Assembly: GCF_001194135.2 (NCBI RefSeq)
Contig: NC_068987.1
Coordinates: forward strand, 13,339,487 to 13,403,486
Length of the DNA stretch: 64,000 bases
DNA from: Octopus bimaculoides
Taxonomy: Eukaryota
Reading direction: 5' to 3'
The first letter of the stretch is position 1. Every line of letters begins with the position of its first letter. A program made the position numbers and the translations under genes. Under the pieces are notes generated by a model, which was given only the letters and a program-made list of their open reading frames with translations, had not been told where the DNA came from and made no database searches. Below are positions 1-12,991 of the stretch, piece by piece.

Positions 1-1126
1 TACTGAAGCATTTGTTAAACATTATTCGATAAAGGAAGCACTAAGCTAAAAAAAAAAAAAAAAAGAAATAACGAAGTGAAGGCGAGGGTTGTAAACCGTT
101 AGCCATAAATTTTCACTGACCTCAGCTTGCTGGAGTTATCTCCCCTACATAATGCCGCTTTTTGTTTTTTAAAGATTATTTTTTAAGTAGTTTTCTCAGT
201 GAGTGTTTGTCAATTAATTGCATTACATGTATGAGATAATCTGTGCCACCCACATGTTGTTATTCTAATTTTTTCATCTTTTATTGTTTCGCTTGTTTAT
301 GCGGCCGTGTGGGGTACCCCCTTGACAGGTTTTAGAGAAACAAATCAACCCTATTACTCATTTCTTAAGTCTGGTACTTATTCTATCAGTCACTTTTCCT
401 GAACTGCTATGTTATCGGGACATAAACAAACCAGCACCAGTTGTCAAGTCGTGGGAGAGACACACAACAAACATATATAAATATATTTCTGTTAAAATGT
501 CTTATTGACGAGTTTCATTTCTTCATTTCCCTGAAGAGAAGATTACATTGTTTTACACCATTTTATTCCTTTGGAATAATACCAGTGATATCTTCGACAC
601 ATGTGTCGGAAGTAAAAGAATTTGAATAACACCTGCGTTTAACTCCATAGTAATTTTGAAAGAAGTATCTATAAAACTAGTTTTTAAACAATTGCAGCAT
701 GGAAAGTTACTGTAAGCCATTTAAGAACACACAAAAAAACGTGAGATTCACTTCAACATTTAAATTTAATTTGTGTCAAAATATTTTCGTTGCTTTGAAA
801 CCACAACCTGTTCACTGACAAAACTTTATGCTGCACAAAGTTTTGTTGGTGAACAGGTCACAGTTTCAAAGCAACGAAAATATTTTGACACAAATTAAAT
901 TTAAATGTTGAAGTGAATGTAACGGTTTTTTGTGTGTTCTTAAATGGCTTACAAACATTTTCCACACTGCAATTGTTTTTGTTTCAGCACACGATCTCAT
1001 ATCAAGTCACTTGCTATGCAAGTACATCTCCGTAATAGTTTTTAAACATTGAACGGCTATGGGAGTCCACCAGAATAAAATAGGAATCAAGGGGGTGCAT
1101 AAATAAAAAATGGTTGAGAACCCCTG
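1..1126. mobile_element. End of a hAT/Charlie-like DNA element carrying a palindromic core and a SINE insertion
   Basis: Terminus ggttgagaacccctg (1112-1126) is the reverse complement of CAGGGGTTCTCAACC, a hAT-type TIR. The other end is presumably left of the window. Confidence 0.5.
686..978. repeat. Long imperfect palindrome (foldback/MITE core)
   Basis: aaacaattgcag...aaccacaacctgttcactgacaaaacttt pairs with aaagttttgttggtgaacagg...ctgcaattgttt; arms about 140 nt. Confidence 0.85.
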
Positions 1127-1240
1127 AACTAAACCATACAAAGAAATTTTAAAGCTGCTCCTCTTTCACTTCACTGTGTGCAATGCTAATAAATTCCCCT
1201 GTGTTTGTTTTCAATGGTTGTTTTTCAATTTCCATTTCAG

Positions 1241-1322
1241 TGTGACCTTGTCTATACTTTCTTTCACCCACTCATTCGAGATGAACAAAGTTCTGGTCTG
1301 AACATGAACAATGGTTTACAGG
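1241..1322 (+). CDS. PIK3C2A: Class II PI3-kinase exon, end of PX domain (CDLVYTFFHPLIRDEQSSGLNMNNGLQ)
   Basis: ttcag acceptor at 1236-1240 and gtgagt donor at 1323. Peptide resembles the human PIK3C2A PX end (CDLVCTFFHPLLRDE). Ends in phase 1, matching the next exon. Symbol is the closest vertebrate name; the invertebrate gene is probably a single class II ortholog. Confidence 0.9.
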
Positions 1323-1387
1323 GTGAGTAGATACTTGTGGAGTCTTATTTGTAATTCTATTGAGATTTATTATTTATTAAGACATGA

Positions 1388-1535
1388 TGGCAGCGAGCTA
1401 GCACAATCGTTAGCATGCTGAGCGAAATGCTTAGCATTGTTTCACCCATTGCTACATTCTGAGTTCAAATTCTGCCAAAGTCGACTTTGCCTTTCATCTT
1501 TTCGGGGTCAGTAAATTAAGTACCAGTGATGCAAT
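1388..1535 (+). mobile_element. tRNA-derived SINE, most abundant family here (family A), CpG-decayed copy
   Basis: ggcagcgagct...gagttcaaattc...gtcgactttgcctttcatc...aaattaagtaccag. Further copies at about 9600-9800, 26275-26625, 33236-33420, 39241-39445, 39775-40050, 42980-43152, 43530-43742, 44400-44582, 44915-45080, 51000-51195, 52663-52850, 57510-58030, 58929-59120 and 62280-62830. Confidence 0.85.
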
Positions 1536-2352
1536 GGGACTGAACCTGGAACCCATGTGGTTGGGAAGCAAGCTTCTTTATTTCATCAAGTTTTCCATAA
1601 AAGCATTACATAGATAGAAGCAAGTGCGGGCTGGACAACAACACAAATGAAATGAATGATGAGCAAAATAATGATATTGATGAAGGAAGCAGAGGATGCC
1701 TGCCAATCAATGCTTCCTAAAAACATTGTTCTTTTTTTCTCTTTTATAAAACCAATTGAGATTATAAACCTCTTACTATAGTTCATTGGGACACAATGTC
1801 CTTTGAAAAAAGGCACTAAGCCTCTTACATTTTTCGCAAATGGACTCCACGTCCTTACAAAATGAGGCACTAAGCCTCTTACCTTTTTTACAACTCTAGG
1901 CATTAAAGCCTCTTGCTTCTATGCCCGACTAGGCACACTGCCTCATGCAAGTACCTGGACGTTGCCAAGTCGAGACACTTTAGCATAAATTTAAATATAT
2001 CCCTGGGGAAGGAGTTCATTATCCTGCACAAGTCAGATTCCCCTATGGACCTCCGCAGCCACCTGCAGAGGCCAATCAGGGTCCTCAGTGCCGGACAGAA
2101 CCCCTTCCCTCCGGCCTTTTCTTTTCACCTTCTTTACAAAGTTTTCTAAAGCTCCTCCCTTGTGAAAAAGGATTACAAATCCCTCGTCTATCACATAGGA
2201 AGGGGCCACAGTTTCTTCCGTCGGTGGCGCAATTCACACTGACAGGGTTTCGGAACATGCCGGCAGTGTGTTAGAAAATATTAAAAAATTTTGGAGTAAA
2301 AAGAACAGTCTTGTTAAATTTTTTTTTTTTTTTGCTTGTTTCTTTTTCACAG

Positions 2353-2468
2353 ATACTGTTAATAATGTCCGGAATATGACTTCGACAGGAATCCGAGGAG
2401 AACTAAAAATATCAATTCAGTATCAAAAAGAACACCTCCAAGTTATGATCATGCATGCAAGAGGCTTG
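2353..2468 (+). CDS. PIK3C2A: Class II PI3-kinase exon, start of C-terminal C2 domain (DTVNNVRNMTSTGIRGELKISIQYQKEHLQVMIMHARGL)
   Basis: cacag acceptor ending 2352 and gtatgt donor at 2469; 116 nt, phase 1 to 0. GELKISIQY...LQVMIMHA is C2 strand 1-2. Confidence 0.93.
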
Positions 2469-2897
2469 GTATGTATACAGATGTTGTTATTGATGTTTCT
2501 ACACCTGTCTTCGTCTTCTGTTTTCTGTAAATTTGAACTATATAGATAGAGAGAGAGAGAGAGAGAGCATAGATAACATGCACATATCAGTTTATATCTA
2601 AATTTTTGCATTAAATATACTTCATGTAATGATTCGAGAAAGAGTTACGTCCCTTGGTAAAATTCCAGTATATAAATGGCGTTAAGTATTTAAATATTAG
2701 TGATGTACTAATATCGACAATGATTGTTTTATTTCAATCTTATATTCAATTTTCTGAAAGTCCTAGTTTTCACTCAATTGTCACGTGATTAAAACGACGA
2801 ATTTATGAATTTTATTGTTGTAATAATTTATATTAAAAAATACTAACGATTTACGGCTTTTTTTTTGTTGTTTTTTTTTTTACCTTTATATTCTCAG

Positions 2898-3023
2898 AGT
2901 TCATATGGAATTGAAAACCCCAGTCCTTATGTAAAACTCTACTTGCTACCAGATCCTGAAAAGCTAACGAAGCAAAAAACTAAAGTGGTTAAGCATTCAA
3001 CACACCCAACTTACAATGAAGTT
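2898..3023 (+). CDS. PIK3C2A: Class II PI3-kinase exon, C2 domain core (SSYGIENPSPYVKLYLLPDPEKLTKQKTKVVKHSTHPTYNEV)
   Basis: ctcag acceptor ending 2897 and gtaagt donor at 3024; 126 nt in frame. PYVKxYLLPD...KTK...PTYNE C2 signature. Confidence 0.95.
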
Positions 3024-3879
3024 GTAAGTACTCCCATTATTAAATTTATGTTTTCTTTTTCATTGTTTTTTAACAGCTACTTTTCTGTGCTTGGAGTTTT
3101 AGGCACATTTTCTATGGCTGGATGCTCTTCCTGTCAACCTTTCCCCCAACTTTCACCTGTTTCCATGGCCAGACATGTTTGCACTGATTATTGGAAATGA
3201 AGGACACCGCTTGTATAACAGTGATGTTCATTTACAATAGTTGCACAACATCAATATAAAGAGACAAAGATTCACATACATATATGTGGGGGGAAGGGTA
3301 TGTATGTGTGTGTGTGTGTATAAATATATATATATATACACGCACAAGCATATATCCCGCTTATTGGTGGGGGGTCTTATCTTGCAGGTACTTGGTGACC
3401 TCACCAGTGCTGATGTTAGGTGTGTTAGGAAGGGCATTCCAAGCCATAGAATGGTGGAGTCCCCTGGCTTGTCTGATTTTTTTCTTGATTTTTTAAAAAA
3501 TTATCTTCAACCCTGGAGGTAGTATCTTAATTACCAAATACCAAATTAAGGATAGAGAAGGATAGATAATTTCAAGAATCATGAATTCTTCCAGAATTGA
3601 CATGTCACTAAGGAAAAAGACAGGTTTATTGTCTAGAGATTAGAAGACCGTCATGGATGTGTGTTTCTGGCTCAATAACTGTCATAAGCCCAACAATTGT
3701 CTGACCTTAACTCCAGTATGAACTGGTCTTAATTGCCAATTGATAATTGCAATACATCCTGTAGAGTCAGACAATAATTGATAAAGTATGGACTGTATTG
3801 TTATAGAATAATAAACCTCATGCAAAATTGTGAAGCTATGAAATTAAGATAATATTAAAGTTTTTATTTGTCCTGACAG

Positions 3880-4077
3880 ATGCAGTACAAGATGTCTCTG
3901 GAAGATGTTAAGAAGCGAACTTTGCAAGTGACTGTTTGGAACCATGATGTCTTGAAAGAGAACCAGTTCATGGGTGCTATATATATCCATTTACGAAAAC
4001 TAGACCTCAGTCAAGAAAACACAGAATGGCGCTGCCTTGGTAACCTACAGATGTCAAGTACCAGCCATATTTCCTGA
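3880..4077 (+). CDS. PIK3C2A: Class II PI3-kinase terminal coding exon (MQYKMSLEDVKKRTLQVTVWNHDVLKENQFMGAIYIHLRKLDLSQENTEWRCLGNLQMSSTSHIS*)
   Basis: gacag acceptor ending 3879, phase 0; C2 C-terminal half (LQVTVW...ENxFMG...W); TGA stop at 4075-4077. Confidence 0.95.
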   Translation: MQYKMSLEDVKKRTLQVTVWNHDVLKENQFMGAIYIHLRKLDLSQENTEWRCLGNLQMSSTSHIS

Positions 4078-5388
4078 TGATGCCTTTTTTCCCCCACATA
4101 CAGCCTACCAGTTGGTGCCTTCATCATATTCAAATCATTCAAACAATGGAGGTTCCATTAAACTACCATTATTTTCATCATCACCATCATCACCATTGTA
4201 CAAATCATTGATAATTATATGATTCATTGACCGTAACTTTGTAAGTCCTTTTGGCAATGTTTAAAATTATTATACAAGACTGCTCTTTTACTCCAAAATT
4301 TAAAAATATTTTCTACAAAGCAAAAAATGAAAGATTTTTTTTTAAAAAAACTATCATCTCATGGGAATAATTTTTGAAAATGATTAATTATTATACAATG
4401 AAATATATTTAGCATCAGAGTTTTCTGCAAGAGAATTCACCACATTTTACATCAAGTGTTGCCTTAACTTAATCAAAGCATCAAATTCTTCATCACAAAA
4501 TACACTGCAGACACTAAAACTGCAAATGCTTATGTATATGTGATTGATATATATGTATGTATGTATATTTATGTCTATATACATATATGTATCCGCATGT
4601 GTGTGTGTGTGTGTATATGTGAGTATTATACATAAATTTGCATCTAATTTATCAAACAATATTTTTTTTTTTTTTTTGTCTTTTACCAAATTATTCTCAT
4701 TTTTCCCATTCCATTCAGCCATTTTAAATTCACTGCTGGATGAAGTCATGCTGACCAATTGCAGGCTGGATGTAGTGCTTATAGTGTCAGGTGATTAAAC
4801 TCTGGCCATTGCACGACTGAGCGGAATTCAAACTCAGAAGAGGTGAAACAGGTATGCAATATAAGGCATCTTATCTGATAGGCTAAAGAATTCCGTTAAG
4901 TTCCATCAATCCACTGCCCTGAACTGGTAGATTATTTATCAACTCTGACAAAAAGAGGAAAGGTCAAAATTTTCATCTGCTGTATTTAAGAAAAAACAAT
5001 TAGAAAATGACCTTATCTTCCAAAATCATTATTCTTCTAATTGCAGTGATATCTTAGCAAGGGACAGATCATATTTGATTGATTATTACCTAGCTGTTCT
5101 TTCTCCCAGGGTACCACNNNNNNNNNNNNNNNNNNNNNNNNNNNNNNNNNNNNNNNNNNNNNNNNNNNNNNNNNNNNNNNNNNNNNNNNNNNNNNNNNNN
5201 NNNNNNNNNNNNNNNNNNNNNNNNNNNNNNNNNNNNNNNNNNNNNNNNNNNNNNNNNNNNNNNNNNNNNNNNNNNNNNNNNNNNNNNNNNNNNNNNNNNN
5301 NNNNNNNNNNNNNNNNNNNNNNNNNNNNNNNNNNNNNNNNNNNNNNNNNNNNNNNNNNNNNNNNNNNNNNNNNNNNNNNNNNNNNNNN

Positions 5389-5436
<48 letters not shown>

Positions 5437-5586
5437 TGTGTATGTATGCATATATATATATGTATATGTTTACATGTATATATTATATGTAGTTACTGTA
5501 TCTATGAAGGTTCTTGTGAAACGTGTTTTACTGACTGATTGTAACTGCAGTCGTTTTAATGGTGCTGTTTTATCCACTAAAATTTC

Positions 5587-5592
5587 AATAAA
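5587..5592 (+). promoter_or_regulatory. Candidate polyadenylation signal of the PI3K-C2 transcript
   Basis: AATAAA at the end of an AT-rich, UTR-like stretch, followed by T-rich sequence; about 1.5 kb after the stop codon. Inference only. Confidence 0.35.
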
Positions 5593-7371
5593 CAATTAAA
5601 AAAACAACCCCTTTTGTTTAATGATGTTTTTGTAAATCATCACATTTATTTATTCATTTTAGAGAATTCTTGTTTTTTGTTTTTTTTTTGCTTTTTTTTT
5701 AACATAAATGTTTGGAACAATTCATTATACAACAATTGAATCTTTACAAGCTAAATATTAAATGGAATATTTAATAGTTTAAATGGAATTGAAAAATTTA
5801 TAAATTGTATATTTTTGAAATTATATACATTTTTGTGAGAAGAATATAATTTTGTTTTTTGGTTTTGTTTTAGTGGTGATGGGGACTGAGTATCTTTTAA
5901 TATTTCTCTTCAGGACTTCTCTTTAAATTGGAACAATATGATGTTTTCTATTTATTAAGAAAATAGTTTATGGTTGATTTACATTTCTTTAGAAGACAAA
6001 TCCTTAACCCTTTTTTACTATATTTTTTTATTGAAATACGCTGCCTTTTTTTAAAAATTAATTTTGAAAATAATGAAGAATTTAATTATTTTAGTAAAAT
6101 AGTTTCATCATTATCAAACTGGTGTTTGGAACATAAATTTATATAAAATTTTGATGGAAGGTTTTAATTTAGATCTCTTTAAAAAACATGAACCCTGTAT
6201 TATAGAACAAGGAACAGTCTAAGACAAGTTTATAACAAAAGAAATCACTAAAAGCCATGTAGTTCTTAACTCTGAAGTTTTCTTCTCTATCATTGAACAT
6301 TTATAATCATTTTTCTTTTTTTCTTTTTATTTTGTATTATACTTCTTAAGACGCTAGTCTAAAACATTAAAGATTTCCCCTTCTTTTTAAGCATTAAGCT
6401 GATACAATATTTGTTAAAATTTGTCCCTCCTGTGTTGTCTTCTGCCATTTTGTGTTCATTACTTTCATATATTTTCAGTACTTATACAACCTCCTTATAT
6501 TTATATATATATATGTGTGTATGTGTGGGCACATGTGATTGTCTGTGTGACTGTCTCATGATTATTTATCATGTTGATCATCATTGTAGTGCTACATCCA
6601 CTTCCCATACTAGCATGGGGTTGGAGGAGCTCTGGGCCAAGTTTAAGTCAGTTATTATTCAGAATTACTGCCTTCCTAACCAGATCAGAACACCACATCT
6701 TGTTTGTGCATTTCCTTTTTGGCTTGTTTTCTACAGGTGGATGCCTTTCTTATCACCAACCACTTTATATAATATACTGGCTGATTTTATCTAGCATCAA
6801 TATTTGACTGGTTGCTGTGTCTTTGTCAAGACCACAAGGTTTTCTCAATCTTGCATCATCTTCACTCATTTGCCTACTATTTCATAGAGTGTAATTGGTA
6901 TGTTTCATCGTGACATCAGGACTTCTTACAAGGATGTCTTGTATCCTCTAAAACAGAAGAGTCCTCATTATTCTGTGATGTGTTCAAGGTGGCAAACTGG
7001 CAGAATCGTTAGCATGCTGGGCAAAATGCATAGCAATATTTCATCTGCCACTATGTTCTGAGTTCAAATTAGTTGACATTTTCCTGACTACACATCATTC
7101 AGTAGCTCTGCTTTCAAAAACATCTGGAATTAAAATTCCTTATGCCGAAAAGCAGATTATGGTCACTAACAGGAAGGTTATCCAACTGTAGAAGCATAGT
7201 TCAATGAAATGTATTCATCTAACCCATGCAAACATGGAAAAATAGACATAAATAAACAACAAACAGACAAATATTGTCCCATCATTTTAAACATTTTGCT
7301 TGAAATTTCAAAATTCTATGCTGTGCATATGTGTGTGTATGTATGTATATATATATGTGTGTGTGTGTATG

Positions 7372-7410
<39 letters not shown>

Positions 7411-7649
7411 NNNNNNNNNNNNNNNNNNNNNNNNNNNNNNNNNNNNNNNNNNNNNNNNNNNNNNNNNNNNNNNNNNNNNNNNNNNNNNNNNNNNNNNNNN
7501 NNNNNNNNNNNATATATATGTACGTCTTGTATGTTTTTGTGTTGCCTGAAGAAACAACAAAGAATTTCTCTATTTAAGTAAAGCATTGATCAGTTGATAA
7601 ACTCATTTTAATCTGATATTAGATTTTTAATTTGTTTCATATTGGTTCT

Positions 7650-8040
7650 TTAACATTTTTGTTACCACGTTTCTGTTGAAATGCACTATCGTTGTTTCAA
7701 TTAATTTTGGAAGTAATGAAGAATTTAGTAAAATAACTTTGTCTTTAGAAAGCTGGTGTCTGGAATATAAATTAACATGAAATCTTGATGGAAAGTCTTG
7801 AGATCACTGTAACCTTTTAGCATTTAAACTGGCTGTGTCTGGCCTGTCACACCTACCTTACAATGTCATTTTAAAAATAGACTATCAGATCATCAAAATC
7901 TCAAAGCTATGAGATAATCCATGGTTAATTCAAGGATTACATTTGACAGAATAATCTTAATGCTAGTGGGATTAAAACAAGATATTTGTATCACAGAACC
8001 AGGGACAGTCTCATGCAGATTGGTCTCGAAAGGATTTTAA
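7650..8040. mobile_element. TTAA-flanked (piggyBac-like) MITE with a second TTAA-type MITE nested at 7810-7975
   Basis: The host matches the uninterrupted copy at about 6004-6250; the insert matches 8920-9090 and 22845-22952 (…tgctaaggggttaa). Confidence 0.7.
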
Positions 8041-9239
8041 AAAATTTATCATCATTTCCAAATATACTCTTTTACTTGTTTCAGTCATTTGACTGTGGCC
8101 ATGCTGGAGCACTGCCTTTAGTCGAGCAAATCGACCCCGGGACTTATTCTATCGGTCTCTTTTTGCCGAACCGCTAAGTGACGGGGACATAAGCACAGCA
8201 GCATCGGTTGTCATGCAATGCTAGGGGGACAAACACAGACACACAAACACACACACATCACACATATATATGTGGCACATAAAAGACACCATTTCGAGCG
8301 TGGCCGTTTTCGTGCGGGTGACACGTAAAAGCACCCACTACACTCTCTGAGTGGTTGGCGTTAGGAAGGGCATCCAGCTGTAGAAACTCTGCCAAATTAG
8401 ATTGGAGCCTGGTGTAGCCATCCGGTTGCACCAGTCCTCAGTCAAATCGTCCAACCCATGCTAGCATGGAAAGCAGACGTTAAACGATGATGATGATGAT
8501 GATATACATATATACGACGGGCTTCTTTCAGTTTCCGTCGACCAAATCCACACACAAGGCTTTGGTCGGCCTGAGGCTATAGTAGANNNNNNNNNNNNNN
8601 NNNNNNNNNNNNNNNNNNNNNNNNNNNNNNNNNNNNNNNNNNNNNNNNNNNNNNNNNNNNNNNNNNNNNNNNNNNNNNNNNNNNNNNNNNNNNNNNNNNN
8701 NNNNNNNNNNNNNNNNNNNNNNNNNNNNNNNNNNNNNNNNNNNNNNNNNNNNNNNNNNNNNNNNNNNNNNNNNNNNNNNNNNNNNNNNNNNNNNNNNNNN
8801 NNNNNNNNNNNNNNNNNNNNNNNNNNNNNNNNTTTTTTTTCCAAATTTCTATTGAAATACACTGCCTTTGTTTCGTTTTGTTTTGAAAGTAATGAAGAAT
8901 TAATGACAAAATGATTTATGTTCAAACCAGCCAGATCTGGCCTATCACACTTATTCTACAATGTGATTCTAAAAATAAGCAATCACCTCATAAAAATCTC
9001 AAAGCTATGAGATAATGCATGATTAATTCTAAACAATGTGAATAAATAAGCTTTACATTTGACAGAATAATTTGAATGCTAAATGGTTAAACTTGCCCGT
9101 TTTTCATTTTTCTTATCTAAGGGTCATTTTTTGCCTCTGTCTTTTGTGACTACATCATTTGCCATTTATAATTTCCAACTTTATCATTCTAATAAATTAA
9201 TTCTACCAATAACTTAGTTTATAAATCTATTATTATGCA

Positions 9240-9305
<66 letters not shown>

Positions 9306-9967
9306 GGCGTACATTTTCTACTAATCAACTTGCTAATTATTGCATATATATGTATCCAATTGGGAGCATCGTTTGAGCATTGGTAAAAAAAAAATGCCTT
9401 GCAGCACTTCTGGTTCTTTATGCCTCGAGTTCAAATATCAATACAGTAAACTTTGCCCTTCCAAAATCCTTTGAAGGTCTATAAAATAACGTATCAGTCA
9501 AATACTGGGATTTATGTAATTGACATGCTCCCTTCTCTAAAATTTCAAGCCCTGAGCTTGTTGTAGAAAGATTAGTAATAATAATAACGATAATGATAAG
9601 GTGACAAGCTAGCAGAATGATTAGCACACTGGGCGATATGCTAAGCGGCATTTTGTCCATCCTTATGTTCTGAGTTCAAATTCCACCAAGGTTGACTTTG
9701 CCTTTCGTCCTTTCAGGGTTGATAAATTAAGTACCAGTGAAACACAAATTGATGTAATCGACTTGACTCCTCCCCCAAAGTTTCAGGCCTTGTGCCTTTA
9801 GCAGAAAGGATTGTTATTGATAACTAAGCACATGGCTTAGTGGTTAGCATCCTTTCAGGATCAATAAAATAACCACTAAGGTTGGTGTAAATTGGATAGC
9901 ACTTGCCTCCAAAAATTTCAGGCCTTGTGTGTATACTAAAAAGAATTATCATTATTATTATTATTAT

Positions 9968-10475
9968 TGAGTGATAGAGCAATGTACACCATCAGAGCGA
10001 CACTGGGGTACAAATATATGAAGCCCAGTATACCCATCATGACAACTCATCTGATAAGGGTACATCAGGTACATGCATCACAACTATATGTGCATGACAT
10101 AGTGATCTCATATCAAGATTAACAGCACATGACCTTGCAGGTGGGGCCGTGTTAGAATTTTCTACAGGTTGAGTAGCCCATCCCACTCAAAAGGTCCCCG
10201 AATGAGAGTTATGGAGGATGAACGAAATGGCCGTTTCCAAAGGTGAATTATTCCTCTCAACACATGGCTATGATACTCTCCCACTACTGCTTGTGATCAG
10301 AGATGCACAATTCGTCAGTCGCTAAAGGACGTTCAGCTGGTTGCGGTCAAGCAGTTGTGATACTGAGCAGAATATTTCCTGTACCCATCTTTTTGTATAC
10401 CAAGACAAAACATGAACATGATACCATTTCAATCGGTTAAGATCAGAAGCCATGAGAGCCACTGCTGGGTACTTC
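9968..10475 (+). mobile_element. Interspersed repeat family D
   Basis: Homologous segment in reverse orientation at 23365-23575 (catcaaagtgacactgg...gataagggtacaccaggcacatgcatcacaacc...gcaggtggggcc). Confidence 0.7.
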
Positions 10476-11538
10476 CAATTATTGTTATTGGCAGAATCGC
10501 TAGAGCATTGAATAAAATATCTTGTATTCTTCCAGCTCTTTACGTTCTGAGTTCAAATCCCACTGAGGCCATCTTGGTCTTTCATCCACTTATAATAAAT
10601 AAAATAAAGTAGCATCAGGTACTCAATGAAATCAGCAGCTCATTTAGAATCCAAAGTTGGAACTGCTTAACAACCTCAATTCCCCCTTAGTAATAATACC
10701 CTAAAGAAAAGAATTTAACCCACCACATCTCTTTTCCAAGTCCTTAAATGTCATCAGCTTCTGTGTGAGAAAAGATTGGTGTTATCATCCCGAAACCTGT
10801 AATGAATTTACTAGTTGCTGCCTTCCACATGAGACCTTCAGGTTCTACTGTAGGTAAAGGTGCAGGGCCTAATGGTTAAGGTACTGGACTCAAGAGTTCA
10901 ATTCTTGGACCCGGTGGTGGTGTATTGCTTCCTTGAGCAAAGCACTTCGTTCTACATTGCCCCGGGAGGGGAGTTAGCTTTGCAATGGACTGGTGGCCCA
11001 TTCAGTGAGGTATCTTACGTCAGTACCAGTAGCACCTGGAGAAGGGAGTTAACTCTGTGTGGCACTGGTGCCTTGTAATGGTCAGTCATCTAAAGGTCTT
11101 GAAAATCTAGATACGCACTAACCATGACTCCCTAGGTTCACGACTGACTTTTTTCTTTGACAAAACACTTAAGGCTTTTACCTATTCAAAAAGTTATCAG
11201 TACTACTACTGCCTACACCACAACTGCTATAGTGTCTAATTTTGTAGTAATCAAAATAAAATTACCATTATGTGCACTTTATCTATTGAACTGTTAAGAA
11301 TTTGGGTACATTTTACTTTAGTATGATTAAAATCCAATGATAAGGAGAAGCCAAAACTATATATATATATATATAGACATATTACATACATATAAGAGGG
11401 ATGACCACTAAGTGGACATCCCTTTTGCCAGAAGAAGACCACCCACGGTCTGACCATATATAGATATATGTAAATGTCAAACAATGAGAACAAGTTCTCA
11501 ACACTGCATTGGTGGATAAAGATTCATTTTTGTATTAA

Positions 11539-11697
11539 GGCTACCATTGGTTTCATGTTAAGAAAATATCAAAATATCTTAACACTTTTTCAAGTCAATC
11601 ACATGGAGGAATTGGGATTCGTCAGTTCCTACATGTGATCAGCTTAAAAAATTGGTAAGACATTATGATATTTTTTAACATGAAACCAATGGTAACC
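11539..11697. mobile_element. 159-bp MITE with GG termini and TTAA target duplication (Kolobok-like)
   Basis: ttaa|ggctaccattggtttcatgttaa...ttaacatgaaaccaatggtaacc|ttaa, with an internal second stem tcacatg...catgtga. Confidence 0.75.
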
Positions 11698-11731
11698 TTA
11701 ATACAAATATACATGTTATTATTATTATTTT

Positions 11732-11774
<43 letters not shown>

Positions 11775-11784
11775 NNNNNNNNNN

Positions 11785-11823
<39 letters not shown>

Positions 11824-12710
11824 GCACTTCTTGGGGGCTGTGGGTTCGTCTCTCATGGGTATTTGTTGACAATTTCTTACCACCTTTTTCTACTGTTTTA
11901 ATGGCTATACTGCATTCAAATATATCACTTTCTCATTTGTATCATATGATACACATTTGGCGCTTCTAAAAAACAAATGTAAGTTTGTTTATATACACAC
12001 ATGATTGTTATATATTTAAATATATATATAAATCAACTTGGATGAGATTATGTTTAGTGCTGTGATAAATTTACGTGTATTTCTGTTAATAACCTCAATG
12101 TTATTTTCAGCAAAGTGAGATATCATATTTTAATATAAAACCATTTACTGGTGCTCAAAAGTGGTCTCACATTTCTTTTAATTAATTAGTTAAGTATTCT
12201 TTTTAAGACTGGATCACAACAACCAATATCTTTTCACTTTCTTTTTTACATAACTTCTCTATCTCTGGGCTCAGTTTTGTTTGTTTGTCTAATCCTTACA
12301 GTTTTAACAAAGAATATTTCTCATTGTTAACTAACAGAGCTATTCTCCATCAAAATGGTTCTTTCAAAGCTACAAGCTGACAAATACTTGATGAAATTGA
12401 AATGTATTTCAACCATGGCCACCGTGAATAAAGACATGGTGGCCATTGATATAGAATGTCATTTTCTAAGATTTTGAAGTTTAAAATGTGTGATCTCTGT
12501 TTTACAATAGCCAAGAACTTTATTGAGGGAGATTTCACTAACTCATTGAACAGATCAAGCAAATATGTCCAAATTGTCTTGTAAGGTCAATACGTACCAA
12601 TAATATACAGAGTCATGATTCCATCAACTATGGTCTCGTTCTTTTACAAAAGAAAATTGGCCTGATTTTACTTTAAAGAAATCGTCGCTATTTATATATA
12701 TATATATATA

Positions 12711-12898
12711 TATCTGTAAAAATATGGGACACTTATTCGGTAGCCATGATAAAACTCTGAGTTTCGGATGCCGGGGTGGAAGCCCACGCCAACATCTCTT
12801 CAGTTATCCGGCCATGTTGGCGTGGGCTCCCACCCTGGCATCCAAAACTCGGAGTTTTATCATGGCTACCAAATAAGTGTCACATATTTTTACAGATA
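12711..12898. repeat. Foldback with 85-nt arms and a hammerhead-ribozyme-like core on the - strand (12748-12808)
   Basis: Arms 12711-12795 and 12814-12898, about 90% complementary. Minus strand: GATAA CTGAAGA GATGTTGGCGTGG-gctt-CCACCCCGGCATC C GAAAC TCAGA GTT TTATC. Confidence 0.8.
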
Positions 12899-12957
12899 AA
12901 TTCCTCTATTTACATAATATCGAGGTCTCATTCTTTCTTTTGTCATCCTTCCTATTA

Positions 12958-12991
<34 letters not shown>

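Noticed and set aside
441-629. ORF as an upstream PX-domain exon of PI3K-C2
   Set aside because: No good splice sites; sequence derives from SINE and DNA-transposon repeat.
4447-4758. Minus-strand ORF ending VFCDEEFDALIKLRQHLM as a convergent gene
   Set aside because: It spans microsatellite and poly-A tracts, lies in the likely PI3K-C2 3' UTR, and has no recognisable homology.
12398-12470. Hairpin atggccaccgtg/catggtggccat as a second pre-miRNA
   Set aside because: Only 12 contiguous bp, then a 3-nt bulge and weak AT pairing; no known mature sequence recognised.
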